The notes beneath the pieces were generated by a model. The model did not search any database. It saw only the letters and a list, made by a program, of their open reading frames with translations, and had not been told where the DNA came from. A program made the position numbers and the translations under genes. 64,000 nt of DNA from Octopus sinensis (taxonomy: Eukaryota), in NCBI RefSeq assembly GCF_006345805.1, contig NC_043011.1:21960464-22024463 (forward strand), given 5' to 3'. Below are positions 14,301 through 27,819 of the stretch, piece after piece; within the stretch, counting starts at the first letter, position 1; each line of letters starts with the position of its first letter.

Positions 14301-17300
14301 GTATTAGCATTTATGTTCATCTGGTATTTGATTACCTATGGAAAAATAGGACCTGAAATAAAGTATAAAACTAAATGAAATTAACTATCTGAAAAAAACT
14401 ATGGAGTCCAGGAAAATAAATTTCTAATAACATTCAGCCAAAACAGAAATTTCCTTTGCTTGTTATCACCAAATTTCCAAATATATCTTCATGCTATCAT
14501 AATTTTAATTACATCTCTCAAGAAAATATTTAGCTACCAGATTATCAGATTATTTTTGTTTGTGTTTTGCCTGTTAGCTGTGTTTTCCCCCTTTTTTTTA
14601 AAAATAAAATACAAGTTTGTTTACTTGGTATTTGCCCGTTTTATTTTTTAAGCATTTGTTTTTTCTAGTTGAACACTCTTCCTACTGATGATCATTCAGT
14701 TGTAAAGAGCAGAACTTGCTTTCAGTTGAGCAAACCAAGATAAGTAGGGTTTATGAACCTGGTTCAGAGGTACACAGTACAGTAATCGTAGTTAGATTGG
14801 AACTCATAATCCTGTGGTTATGAATTCAGTGGTGATAATTATGTTTATCTTCTCATTCACTTGATAATTACCAGATAGTACTTTTGTGAGTATAAATCAT
14901 CATCATTAGCATCATCTTCATTGCATCTGCTTTTCTGTGCTGACATTGGTTGGTCAAGACTTATTGAGGCCTTATTCTGTAGTCAGATACCTTTCCTGGT
15001 GCCACTTATTACTTGTTTTGTTAAGTAAGATATTTTTATTGCCATGTTATTCACACAAAATCAACATAACTGTGTGGTAAGAAGTTCCAGGTTCAGTCCC
15101 ACTATATGGTACCTTCAGCAATTGTTTTCTACTATAGCCCCAGACCTTGTGAGTGGATTTGGTAAAAGGAAACAGAGAGAAATATATTGTGTATGTGTGT
15201 GTGTTTCTTTGTGTTTGTTCCCTACAATTCCTTGGTAACTGGTGTTAGTCTGTTTACATCCCCATAACTTAGCAGTTCAGTTAAAAGAGACTGGTAGAAT
15301 AAGTACCATGCTTTAAAAAAAACAAGTACTGGGAACTATCTGTGCAACTAAACCCTTCAAGGCAGTGCCTCAATACCTGAAACAAGTGAAAGATCAGCTG
15401 CTGAGCTTCTAGGCATATTGTTTAGGGGAGAAATAAATTGTTGCTCAATTAATGTCGCAGTAAAGACATGTGAAATAAACACACATGTGTGCTGTTGATG
15501 ATATTTTTCCTTCTCTGGACTTTTCCATTTCCCTTTCTGATGAAGAGCTATGCTCAAAGCATTAAAATCCCTCTCTTTTTTTCCACCTTTACCGAGCGTC
15601 AAACTTATACATTCCATGTGCACATCCTCTTGTTTTGTTATTGTTATTTTTAATGTTCAATTATTCAATTTTAACTACATATGAATGGTTGGCTTCCATA
15701 CAGTTTCCGTTTACTTAATTTCATCACAAGACATTGGCCTAAGACTATTATAGAAGACACTTCCCATAATGCCACACAGTGTGTTAGAACTTAAAACTCC
15801 ATAGATATGAAGTTAGTCACCACAGAGCCATACTTGTACCTCATAAGTCCATTAATAAATGTCATTAGCATCAATAGAATAGGCATAGGAGTGGCTGTGT
15901 GGTAAGTAACTTGCTTATGAACCACATGGTTCTGGGTTCAGTCCCACTACATGGCACCTTGGGCAAGTGTCTTCTACTATAGCCTCGGGCCGACCAAAGC
16001 CTTGTGAGTGGATTTGGTAGATGGAAACTGAAAGAAGCCTGTACTGTGTATATATATATGTATGTGTGTGTGTGTGTGTGTATGTTTGTGTATCTGTGTT
16101 TGTCACCCCAACATCACTTGACAACCGATGCTGGTGTGTTTACATCCCCGTAACTTAGCGGTTCGGCAAAAGAGACCGATAGAATAAGTCCTAGGCTTCC
16201 AAAGAATAAGTCCTGGGGGGTCAATTTACTCGACTAAAGGCGGTGCTCCAGCATGACCACAGTCAAATGACTGAAACCAGTAAAAGAATAAAAGAATACT
16301 AAAAAAATTTATTACAAAATTCAATGTATCATGACATATTCTTTTAGACATTGTTAAATCTTCACAAATAAATATATTCTTCTACTGTAGGCACAAAGCT
16401 TGAAATTTTGGGGGGAGGGGCGGTCAATTAGATCGACCCCAGTACGCAACTGGTACTTAATTTATCGACCCCGAAAGGATGAAAGGCAAAGTCGACCTCA
16501 ACCGAATTTGAACTCAAAACGTAACGGCAGACGAAATACCGCTAAGCATTTCACCCAGCATACTAACATTTCTGCCAGCTCGCCGCCTTTCACAAATAAG
16601 TATATTATCACACTCATTAGCATTTTCTGTACCTTGTGGCTGCAGATATATGAAAGTAAATGAAAATTGTTTAATTATATCAATTAGTACAAATAGCTAT
16701 ACTATACAAAATAAATTTAATTGACCCTTTTCATACCAACTCATCTGAGACTGCCTTTATAAAAGCGTTCATATGGGTCAACACATAGTTTAATTCTTTA
16801 ACATTCAGACTACTCTGTCAAATGTATGGTTTATTTATTCGCATCGTTTTAAATTAATTATGCATTATTTCATGGCTTAAGATTTCGATGATGTAATTGT
16901 TTATTTTTAGAATGACATTTTAGAGTAAGTGTGAGATATTGGATCTGGCCAGTTCGAACAGAAAAGAGGCAGAGTACTTTGGCCAGATATTTCCAGTTTA
17001 AGTGTTAAAGGTTGAAGTTGAACTAGGCCTAGTATCACTGTGAAACCTCTACTGTAGTTGTGGCATTTATAATCATTCTAAGATATATATCTGCAATGAG
17101 AAGTGACCTATCTAATGAATAAAGTAATGGCTCTGTAGCTAAACTCTATAAAGGATGAAAGTTGGGGTCAGCCAATACATCAATCCAGGGCTGAAGGGCC
17201 ACAGAGGGGATCTGAAATATCTAACAGCATCCACTCCCAACTCTCTAAAAAACAAAAAAAACTCACAACCTACTGGAGTTTTGAGAGGAGGAACCCATTA

Positions 17301-20300
17301 GTTGAATGTGGGTTGGGTACAACTAAGGGTTTTTAGCTTCATTAGTGATTCATGATTAAATACACTGAAATAGTTATCTTTTCTTTCTTTCTTTCTTTCT
17401 TCTCTCTCCTTTTTCTTCTGGATCTTGGGAGGATTTGACATCAGAGCTACAAGTCTGAAAACAACTTGTCATAGCTGCTTATAATAATGACCTAATCCCA
17501 CCTTCCTTCCCTCTCACTCCTCCCTCTCTTACCTCATCTCTCTCTCTGTCCTTCCCTCCCTCCCTCCCTCCCTCCACTCTCTCTCTCTCATAATGGATTG
17601 GTTTAAGTCATTAAAATCTAAGTATTTTAACATAGTAGAACCAGCACTAGTGAGGTGTTATAGATTGTTGGCCTTCTGATTTTTTGGCTGGGTTGTATTA
17701 AATGTTGTCAGCTAGAATTCTTACCTAATGAATATTAGAAATGTATTAGAAAAATGCCATGCTTAGTAGATGGTTATGATACGTGACAGTAAACGATAAC
17801 TTTTCACCGATTTCTACTTACTGGATCTACTTAACATAATATTTCCATGTCACAGTTGAATCAGCCTAAGTAGATCATTCAGCTGTTGAACAAAAATATG
17901 TAATGCTTGTTAATATGGATTCAAATCAAATATCTTGCAAGGTGTTGCCAACTTTCTATAACTGCTATAATAGATACTAAATTAATTGGTTGATAACATA
18001 ATTATTCTCTCATTAAATTTTTATGAAACTCTTAAGAATGTCTGGCTTATTCAGTTTGTTTTGGTGATTTTTTTTCACCGGGCTCTTTTCCTAATCCCTA
18101 TTATATTTTCAGTACATAAGTTATAATACATATATAATATTTTTAGACAGAGTACCAACTATGTATGTAATGTATATATGTAAGCATGCATGCATATATA
18201 TGCATGTATGTATTTTGGGAGTGTGGAACCACCTCTTAACCTCTATTATTATCATGTGTACTCTGACCCAGAGTTATAGCATCTGTTAAGGTCTTAGCTA
18301 TGGGTTAAATAACGAGGGGACCACTAGGAGTGAAAGACTCCTAGTTCTCATTAGAATTTCCTTCTAGGAGAAGGTAAACTTGTATTAAAAAAATCTGAAG
18401 TGCAGTTGGTTTCTGGTCATTTCAACCTTTGTTGTGCCACTTTTTTTTTATAGTTGATTACACTAAAAAGTGGATTCATTGCTGCAAAACACTCTATTCA
18501 CTCAAAGCAAATTCGCACACAGGAAATTCTTGAACTCTCAAAATGTTTACATGGACTTACTGAGTTTAAGACATGGTCTTATTCAGTCACGAGAACAATG
18601 TTTCATAGATGCGATAATAAAAGATCAAGATATATGGAATGACTGAGTATTACAGACCTGTTGAGTCCATGTCATCAAAGAAAAGCAAATGGGGAAACTA
18701 TAACGAAATGTTAGTACTTCTGTGTTACATTACATTGCAGTTTAAAAAGCATATGAATTATTGTTGGGTACTTTTATATGATAATTAAAAAAATATGGTT
18801 CCCAAATATAAGCACAGGTGTGGCTGTATGATAAGAAGTTTGCTTTCCAACCATATGGTTCTGAATTCAATCCCACTGCATGGTACCTTGGGCAACCGTC
18901 TTCTACTTTAGCCTTGGGGTGACCAAAGCCTCGTGAGTGGATTTAGTAGACAGAAACTGAAAGAAGCCTGTTGTATGTGTGTGTCTGTGTGTTTCTGTTT
19001 ATCTATCTCTGTGTCTGTGTTTGTCCCTCACTACTGCCTGACAATTGGTGTTAGTGTATTTATATCCCTGTAACTTAGCAGTTCGGTAAAAGTGATTGAT
19101 AGAAAAAGTACCAGGCTTTAAAAAAATAAGTTCTGGGGTCAACTGTTCAACGGAAATTCTTCAAGGAGGTACCTCAGTATGGCTGCAGTCTAATGTCTGA
19201 AATGAGTAAAAGACAAAAGGTAATTCTATATTAGTTTATTAAATTACTAATGTTGGTTTAGTTAGATGAGTATTGTTTTGTTTTGTTTTTAATTCATTCT
19301 GTGAATCCTCCATTAAGAGAGTGGGTGGGATGTCTACTTGGTCATTGACTTTATATCTATTGGCACAAATATACTTATGTGGTTAAGAAACTTTTTATCC
19401 ACATGATTTTAATTCAGTCCCACTGCAAAGTACCATGGGTAAGTGTCTGCTACTATAGCTGCCTACTGACCAATTCCTTGAGAGTGAATCTGATAGATGG
19501 AAACTGTGTGGAAACCCATCCTATATATGTATTTATACATATATGTATGTCTTTGTATTATTTCCCCACCATCATTTGACAAATGGTGTTGGTTTGTTTA
19601 CATCCCCCCTACCTAATTTAGTGGTTCAGCAAAGAGATTGACAGAATAAGTTCTAATAAATACCAGGTGTGATTTGTTTGGCTAAACCCTTCAAAAAAGT
19701 GACCCAGCATGGCCACAGTCCACTAATTGAAACAAGTAAAAGATAAACAGATTTAATTATTAGATTCTTCATCAAAACAAGAGTTTTCTTTTCCCCCTTC
19801 TCTTTTTTTAAGTTTGAGTCTGTCTTGTTTGGATCACTTTTACCCTGTAAATGCTTGTTCTTTGTCTCAGGCTGTCTCTGTGTCATATTCATTTCATCTT
19901 AGTATTTTTTGAGGTCCTGGATATTTTGTTGAATTTTGGAATTTCTTAGGTACCAGTTTTATTTTACCTTTTTTTTTCTCTTTGGTTTGAATTTTAAAAA
20001 AAGTCATATATATTTAGTTAATTTTCGGAATCATCTGTATAATTTTTTTTCAGTCATTTTTCTATATTCTTAATTTATAAAATACATTTCCTAATTTTGA
20101 TTTTCAGTTATTATTCATTCATGCTAAAACCTTGTTGAAAGTCACATGTCTGCATGTTAACATCTGTGATCTATGTATCAACTATGCACAATTTTTTTTT
20201 TTTGTATTCATGTCATAGCATAGAAGCCTTAACACGATCACCATATACACTTTTTGTTTTCAGTCATCATATATTTTTTATTATAACTTATTCATTGTAA

Positions 20301-23300
20301 ATTTGATATTTGTATTAAAGCAAATGGAAAAACAACCCCTGTAAATCTCTGACAACTGGTTTAAGAATAAATCCTTTCTACAATAACACATTCTTGAAAA
20401 ACCAACCAGTTTATGTTTTGTATCATGTTTGCTTTCACAAATGTGAGGAAAAAACCACAAATATTGTTTTTAATTCCATGCTAGCTGTTGACTCTAATTC
20501 TCAATGCATAAAGCCTACTTGACTCTGCTCTGTCACTTTTCACAGTGCATAAATATCTAATATACTCTTCATTCAACCTGTTTTCCATAGTAATTTTTCA
20601 ACCTTTCGCCCTACTCATGTGTGTGTGGGTGTGTGTGCCTCACAGAGAGAGAAAGGGAGGGTAGAAAGAGATATATTTTTTTATTAATTGCTTTCAATGT
20701 CACTAGTCTATAATTGAAAAGTAACTGAATTTTTGCCAATGTTACAGTTAATCTGTCATCATATCTGCCATTCCAGTTTCTATAAATGTTAGTCTTTGAT
20801 TATCTTTCCTAATCACCCTACATGCATAACACAGCTGAACAATTGTCCTGAAGACTAGCCTTCATCTTCTATGATAAAAAGAATCTTCAGCTCTCTACAA
20901 ATCTGGGGATGGTACTGCTACTACACATGCACACAAGCCTCCAGAACAAGGCACTGTGACTAACTGACAAATATTAAACCACCAACTTGATACATCTGGC
21001 TCACAGACAAACAGCTAAAAAAAAATAATAATTTGTCCTAAATTTTGCTGTACCATATTGCAAACAAACAAATATAAGTTTAATCATATATTATGATCTG
21101 TGTTGCTATTTGAAAATCTGAAATATGTTGTGTAAAAATATTTTTAAATTGATGTTTAAATTCAGAGAAAGTTTTGTATAATTAAAACTCTAGGTTTACA
21201 AGTACAATAACTAAGATTTATCATGTTATTACTAAATCATCTTCCTTTTTTTTTCCAATCCCCTTCAAAGGCAGATTTTGCTGCATTCAACACACCAACT
21301 TATTTTTTTCTTTCTCTATATATATAAACTCTACCTTTTGCTCTTATTGTAATAATGAAGTTAAGATTAATTATGAACAGCAAATACTTCACTCTTTGTT
21401 ACACAGATCATTTCCAGCTATTTTCTTATAATTTTAATTTATTCACTCTTTCCCTGTTTTCAATTGTTTCTTATCAATTTTTACCCTTTTTTTTTGCTTT
21501 TTGATATGTTTTTATAGCTTATACGGCTTGATTCCCTCTCTTTATACTGGAATAGCAGGACTGAGTTATACGACACATTGCCTCGAGAAAATTCCCTGGT
21601 AAGTCCATTTGCTTTTACTGTTCTTAATTACATAACTTTTTGAAGCATAGTTAACTTCTGAGTTTCCATTTTTTTTTTGTTTTAGTTGCTTTCATTTACA
21701 TAAAATTTATTAAAAACAAAGTAAATGTAATGAACCAAGTGAAAAGAAGGACAGTTTTATTTATTCATTTTTAAATAATTAAATAAATTGTGATTACATT
21801 TAATGTTAGGATATGTTTGGACTAGTCACAGATCATTAATCACATGCTTACCTCATAGTAATTTGTTTTTAAGTTTAAACTTACCATTGATGACATAATC
21901 CTCATCATTTTAATGATTTGTCAGTTTTCCATACTGACATTTTTTTGTGTATTTATTTGCTTATATATTGTTTTTTTTTTTCCTTTTTCTTTCCAGAAAC
22001 TGTTGAAAGAAAATATTGCTAGTTCAAAAACTACAACAGACTATACATACAGTGAGTTTATAAATATATACATGCCATTAAAAATACACTATAGCAAATA
22101 ATAGGTACAATTTTGCAACAAAGAAATTATGGTGTTGAACTTGTAATGAAGTTAGGGACATTATTTTATCTTCCTCAAGATAGAAAAAAAAGAGATTATT
22201 CTACGTTATGTTAACCATTGAAATGGTGTGCAGCTATTTAAAAACAAAAAGAAAACCATCTCAGATCTGCCTGTTTGTTTATATTTGAATTATAATAATG
22301 AATATGAAATAAGCTTCTTTCAGAGTTAATCTGAGACCATGTGCTGAATTTGAATCAGTTTCATTGTAGAAGAGACTTTTCAGCTATTTAAAACACACAA
22401 ATATGGTTAAATTTGATTTTCATTTATTTTTTTAGTTTTCAAAATTGTCTTCACACAATTGTGACCAAGTCACTGACACAGTTCTACTGCAGATAAACAG
22501 GTTTAGAGTGCAGAAGTAAATTGTTACTAGAGATACCATATATTTATCTTTCCAGACCTCCAAGGCTTTTTATGCTTACCTAAGCAAAATATCAATTCAG
22601 AATTGTAATCTAGCAAACAATGTATATTATATAGTTTATACTACAACTAGTACTGAGCTATTGATTTCTTTTTCAATAGTTTTTCGATGACATTGTAAAT
22701 ATGAGTCTCTTTATCAGCTGGCTTTCAACACCTCTTACTCTGTCTTCTTCATATTAAAAAGGTTTCATAAAATATTTTTTTTAAAAGCCACTGTTTTCAT
22801 ATTTTTGAAAACTACTTAGACATATATGATCTTGTGATTGCACCTGAATATGTTATTAGTGATATTAACTGAAACCGTTGGATGTTTTGAGTGTTTGAAC
22901 AATTGGACACCCTCATCCAGGTGACCCAGCTGAGTATGAACAAGCCTTGACTTCTGTCCAGACAGCATTACACCTACCGTTAGCTTTTCTTTTCTGATTC
23001 TCAGCCACATGAATCATCTTCTACTACTTTGGTGGTCAGCTTGATTGCTCTTTACCTCTTGAACTTTGCAATGCCTAACATTTTGTAGAATTTGCAGAGG
23101 TTGTCTTGCAAACCTTCATTTCACTTCATTGAGCTTGCATTTTTCTTACCACCCATTGCTTTGGCATTCTTCCACCAGTTCAGCATTGTTTGCTATCTTC
23201 CTCTCATTGGCTGCTTCTTAGGGAATGGAGAATTCTGATAGAATGATAGGATGACCACCTTAGAAGCTTGTGAGATCTACATCATCTGCATTCATTTCAT

Positions 23301-25257
23301 TGTACAGTTTGAAAAGTTTAAAGTAATTTAAACTCTTTCTAAGAATCTAACATGAGCAAATTTACAAACCTTGTCTTTACTTTTACAATTTCTTTAAAGG
23401 AAGATTTGATAATTAGCTAGTAAGGTTAGTTTGCTTGTTAAGCTTTTCTCTCATGTGACCAGAGGTTCCTGTTAATATAATGTCAGTCTAAGTTGCTTGT
23501 TGGTCCCAGTTGGGATAACATAGGCATATCTGTTGACATCAGTGTGTCTGTACAGACAGAATGGACCATTTTGTTTGTTGATTGGTCCAAAAGGTGATAG
23601 TATAAGTATGCCTGTCAACACCTGTGCATATGGTTGACTAATCAGGCTATTGTATCAGTTAATTGAGCTTAAGGAGGGTGATATAAGCCCATCTGTTGAT
23701 ATTAACTTGTCTGGTGTTGGTTGTTGATTAAAATGAACTACCAATTTGTGAATTTTAGCTTGAGTCACTGAGGTACCATGAATGTAGTTAACTTAAGCTA
23801 TTCACTACAATCTATCTTTTCCAGAAATAATAATAATCATTTTTTTTTCTGTTTTTTTTTTTCATCTAGTGATCAAGCCTATATGTTCTGTAGCGCACCT
23901 GAGATTACACACAAAACCAGAAGAAGACTACTTCCAGATACCCAAAATCTTTCTCACTGTAATATTTGATAATATTGTGCTCTCTTTATCTAAACATCAG
24001 GTAAATTTAGTTCTAATTTAAATTTCTCTTTAGCACTGCCTAAATCATCATTGAAATGCTTTAAAAATGTTCTTCTTCAAGTCAGCCCTTACTTAACAGA
24101 CCTATGATCAGAATCATTGCAATCATGACTATCCTGTCTATTTTTCATGTACAGTGTGTTTAGGACCATGGGGAAGTTCAGTGAGTTTTGACTGCTATTT
24201 CTTACAGGCCAAAAAAGCCCCACATATGAGTGTCCTTGATAACTTGAAAAGTGCTTAAATATTATGTAGCTCTACCTTTATCAGTAATAGAGGAAGTTTT
24301 GATTTCATTAAATTTAATCCTTCTGGAGAAAAGAACAGGTTTAGATGAGTATAAAATTACACTTAATTACAGTTACAAGAACTTGAAAAACGCAATATAC
24401 CACATAGTTCCAGGTTCAGTCCCACTGCATGGCACCTTGGGCTAGTATCTTCTACTATAGCCTTGGGCCGACCAAAGCCTTGTGAGTGGATTTGGTAGAC
24501 AGAAACTGAAAAGAAGCCCGTCGTATATATGTATGTATGTGTGTGTGTGTATATGTTTGTGTGTCTGTGTTTGCCCCCCCCAACATCGCTTGACAACCAA
24601 TGCTGGTGTGTTTACATCCCCGTAACTTAACGGTTCGGCAAAAGAGACCGATAGAATAAGTACTAGGCTTACAAAGAATAAGTCCTGGGGGGTCGATTTA
24701 CTCGACTAAAGGCGGTGCTCCAGCATGGCCACAGTCACAAGACTGAAACAAGTAAAAGAGTAAAAAGAGTAAGAGTATACCAGCATAGAATTGTTAAAGT
24801 AACTGAATTGAAACTAGCTATAACTTAGTTCTTATGTATTTGAAAACAAATAATAATAAATTTTTTTCAGTACTTGAACAGGTTGCTTATGTCAAATGGA
24901 AGTAGGCTTTCAGTGATCTAAATCCATAACTTAGTTACAGAAGTATGTTTAAGTTTCTGTATATTTTTCTTGCATTGTAAAACTGCTCTCTTCATGTCTA
25001 TGAGCATGGCCCTGAAGAAAGATATTTATCTCAGATGAATTGCTATTGACACACTACATCAGAATATGGTTGTTCAACCACAGGTCAGTGCTGATCAGCC
25101 TGACTGCTGATCAAAAGCATCAAACATCTTTTTTATATGTTGTAGCCCCAAGTCAACCAAAGCCTTGTAGGTGGACTTGGTAGGTGGAAACTGAAAGAAG
25201 CACATTGTATGCATATATATATATATATATTATATATATATATATATATGTATGTTG

Positions 25258-25288
<31 letters not shown>

Positions 25289-25901
25289 TGTGTGTGTGTG
25301 TATGCATGTGTGTGTGTGTGTGTGTATGCATATTTGTGTGTGTGTGTGTATGCATATTGTGTGTGTGTGTGTATGCATATTTGTGTGTGTGTGTGTGTGT
25401 AAGTGTGTATGCTTGTCTAGACATCATGTGATGGTTGTAAAAAGAGCATCTTCATACACATGAAGTTGTTCGTTTCCAGTCTTTTGTGAAAAACATGTCT
25501 GGCCATGGAGAAATATTACCTTGCTTGGAAACAGGTGAGAGTTGATGACAGGAAGTGTATCTGACTGTTGAACTACATATACTGTGTCCTTCATATCTTG
25601 AATAGTAGTGCGTGACTTGTAGAGATTTGACTGCTATTTTTAGCAGATTGAATGACCCTGCAGAACATCAGTTATTGGCTTTACATGCAAAAGTAGATTA
25701 TAGTCATGTTCTCGACAATCCAATGACTTCAGAGACAGTTCAAATAAAAACTTGTTTATATTGAAGCTGTTGTAGGGATTCTCTGCAAACATTAAACAAA
25801 ACAAGAAAGACATGGTTTTAATTTTAATGATACAATCGTAAAATAATATTTACATATCCCCCGAAAAAACGCATATATGTATATGTATGTATGTATGTAT
25901 G

Positions 25902-25948
<47 letters not shown>

Positions 25949-26750
25949 ATATGTATGTGTGTGTGTGTGTATATATGTATATGTGTGTGTGTGTGTTGTG
26001 TGTATATGTATAATATATGTGTGTGTGTATATGTATATATGTGTGTGTGTGTGTATATGTATATATATGTGTTGTGTGTGTATATGTATATAATATGTGT
26101 GTGTGTGTTATGTATATATATGTGGTGTGTGTGTATATGTTATATATATGTGTGTGTGTGGTGTATATGTATGTGTATATATATGTGTGTTGTATATGTA
26201 TATATATATGTGTGTGTGTATATGATATATATATATGTGTGGTGTATATGTATATATATGTTGTGTGTATATGTATATATATATGTGTGTGTGGTGTGTA
26301 TATGTATATATATGTGTGTGTGTGTGGTGTATATGTATATATATGTGTGTGTGTGTGTGTGTATATATATATTATATGTGTGTGTATATATGTATATATA
26401 TGTGTGTGTGTGTTGTATATGTATATATATGTGTGTGTGTGTGTGTGTATATGTATATATAATATGTGTGTGTGTGTATATGTATATATATATGTGTGGT
26501 GTGTATATATATATGTGTGGTGTGTGTATATATAGTGTGTGTGTGTGTATATATATATATATGGTGTGTGTGTATATGTATATATATATATGTGTGTGTG
26601 TGTATATATATATATTGTGTGTGTGTGTGTATGTATATATATATGCGTGTGTGTATATGTATATATATATATGTGTGTGTGTGTGTATATGTATATATAT
26701 ATATGTGTGTGTGTGTGTATGTTATATATATATATGTGTGTGTGTATATG

Positions 26751-26781
<31 letters not shown>

Positions 26782-27136
26782 ATGTATATATATATATGTG
26801 TGTGTGTGTATATATATATATGTGTGTGTATATGTATATATATATGTGTGTATATGTATATATATATATGTGTGTATATGTATATATATATGTGTGTGTG
26901 TGTGTGTGTATATGTATATATATATGTGTGTGTGTATATGTATATATATATATGTGTGTGTGTATATATATATGTGTGTGTGTGTGTATGTGTGTATATA
27001 TATATGTGTGTGTGTGTGTATATGTATATATATATATGTGTGTGTGTATATATATATGTGTGTGTGTGTGTGTATGTGTGTATATATATGTGTGTGTGTG
27101 TGTATATGTATATATATATGTGTGTGTGTGCGTGTG

Positions 27137-27177
<41 letters not shown>

Positions 27178-27192
27178 GTATATATGTATGTG

Positions 27193-27249
<57 letters not shown>

Positions 27250-27302
27250 GTATGTATATATTTATGTATGTATTTATGTATGTATGTATGTATGTATGTA
27301 TG

Positions 27303-27333
<31 letters not shown>

Positions 27334-27511
27334 ATGTATGTATGTATATATGTATGTATATATACATATGTATGTATATATATGTATATATATATATGTA
27401 TATGTGTGTATGTATAAATATATATGTATGTATATATATATGTACGTATATACATATGTGTGTGTGTGTGTACATATCTATATGTTGTATGTGTGTGTGT
27501 GTATATATATA

Positions 27512-27543
<32 letters not shown>

Positions 27544-27786
27544 GTTGTATGTATGTATATATTATATATATATATGTTGTATGTGTGTATATATATATAT
27601 ATATATATGTTGTATGTGTGTGTATATATATATATATATATATGTTGTATGTGTGTATATATATATATATATATATGTTGTATGTGTGTATATATATATA
27701 TATATGTTGTATGTATGTGTGTATATATATATATATGTATGTATGTATGTTGTATGTATGTGTATATATATATGTATGTATGTATG

Positions 27787-27819
<33 letters not shown>

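Noticed and set aside
3874-21517. Nested protein-coding gene in the 17.6 kb intron
   Set aside because: I found no chain of phase-compatible exons with recognisable protein sequence; the ORFs there are SINE, LINE or low-complexity derived
22816-23330. GC-richer minus-strand stretch with a 64-aa ORF
   Set aside because: Probably an old TE, but no motif could be assigned to a family or gene
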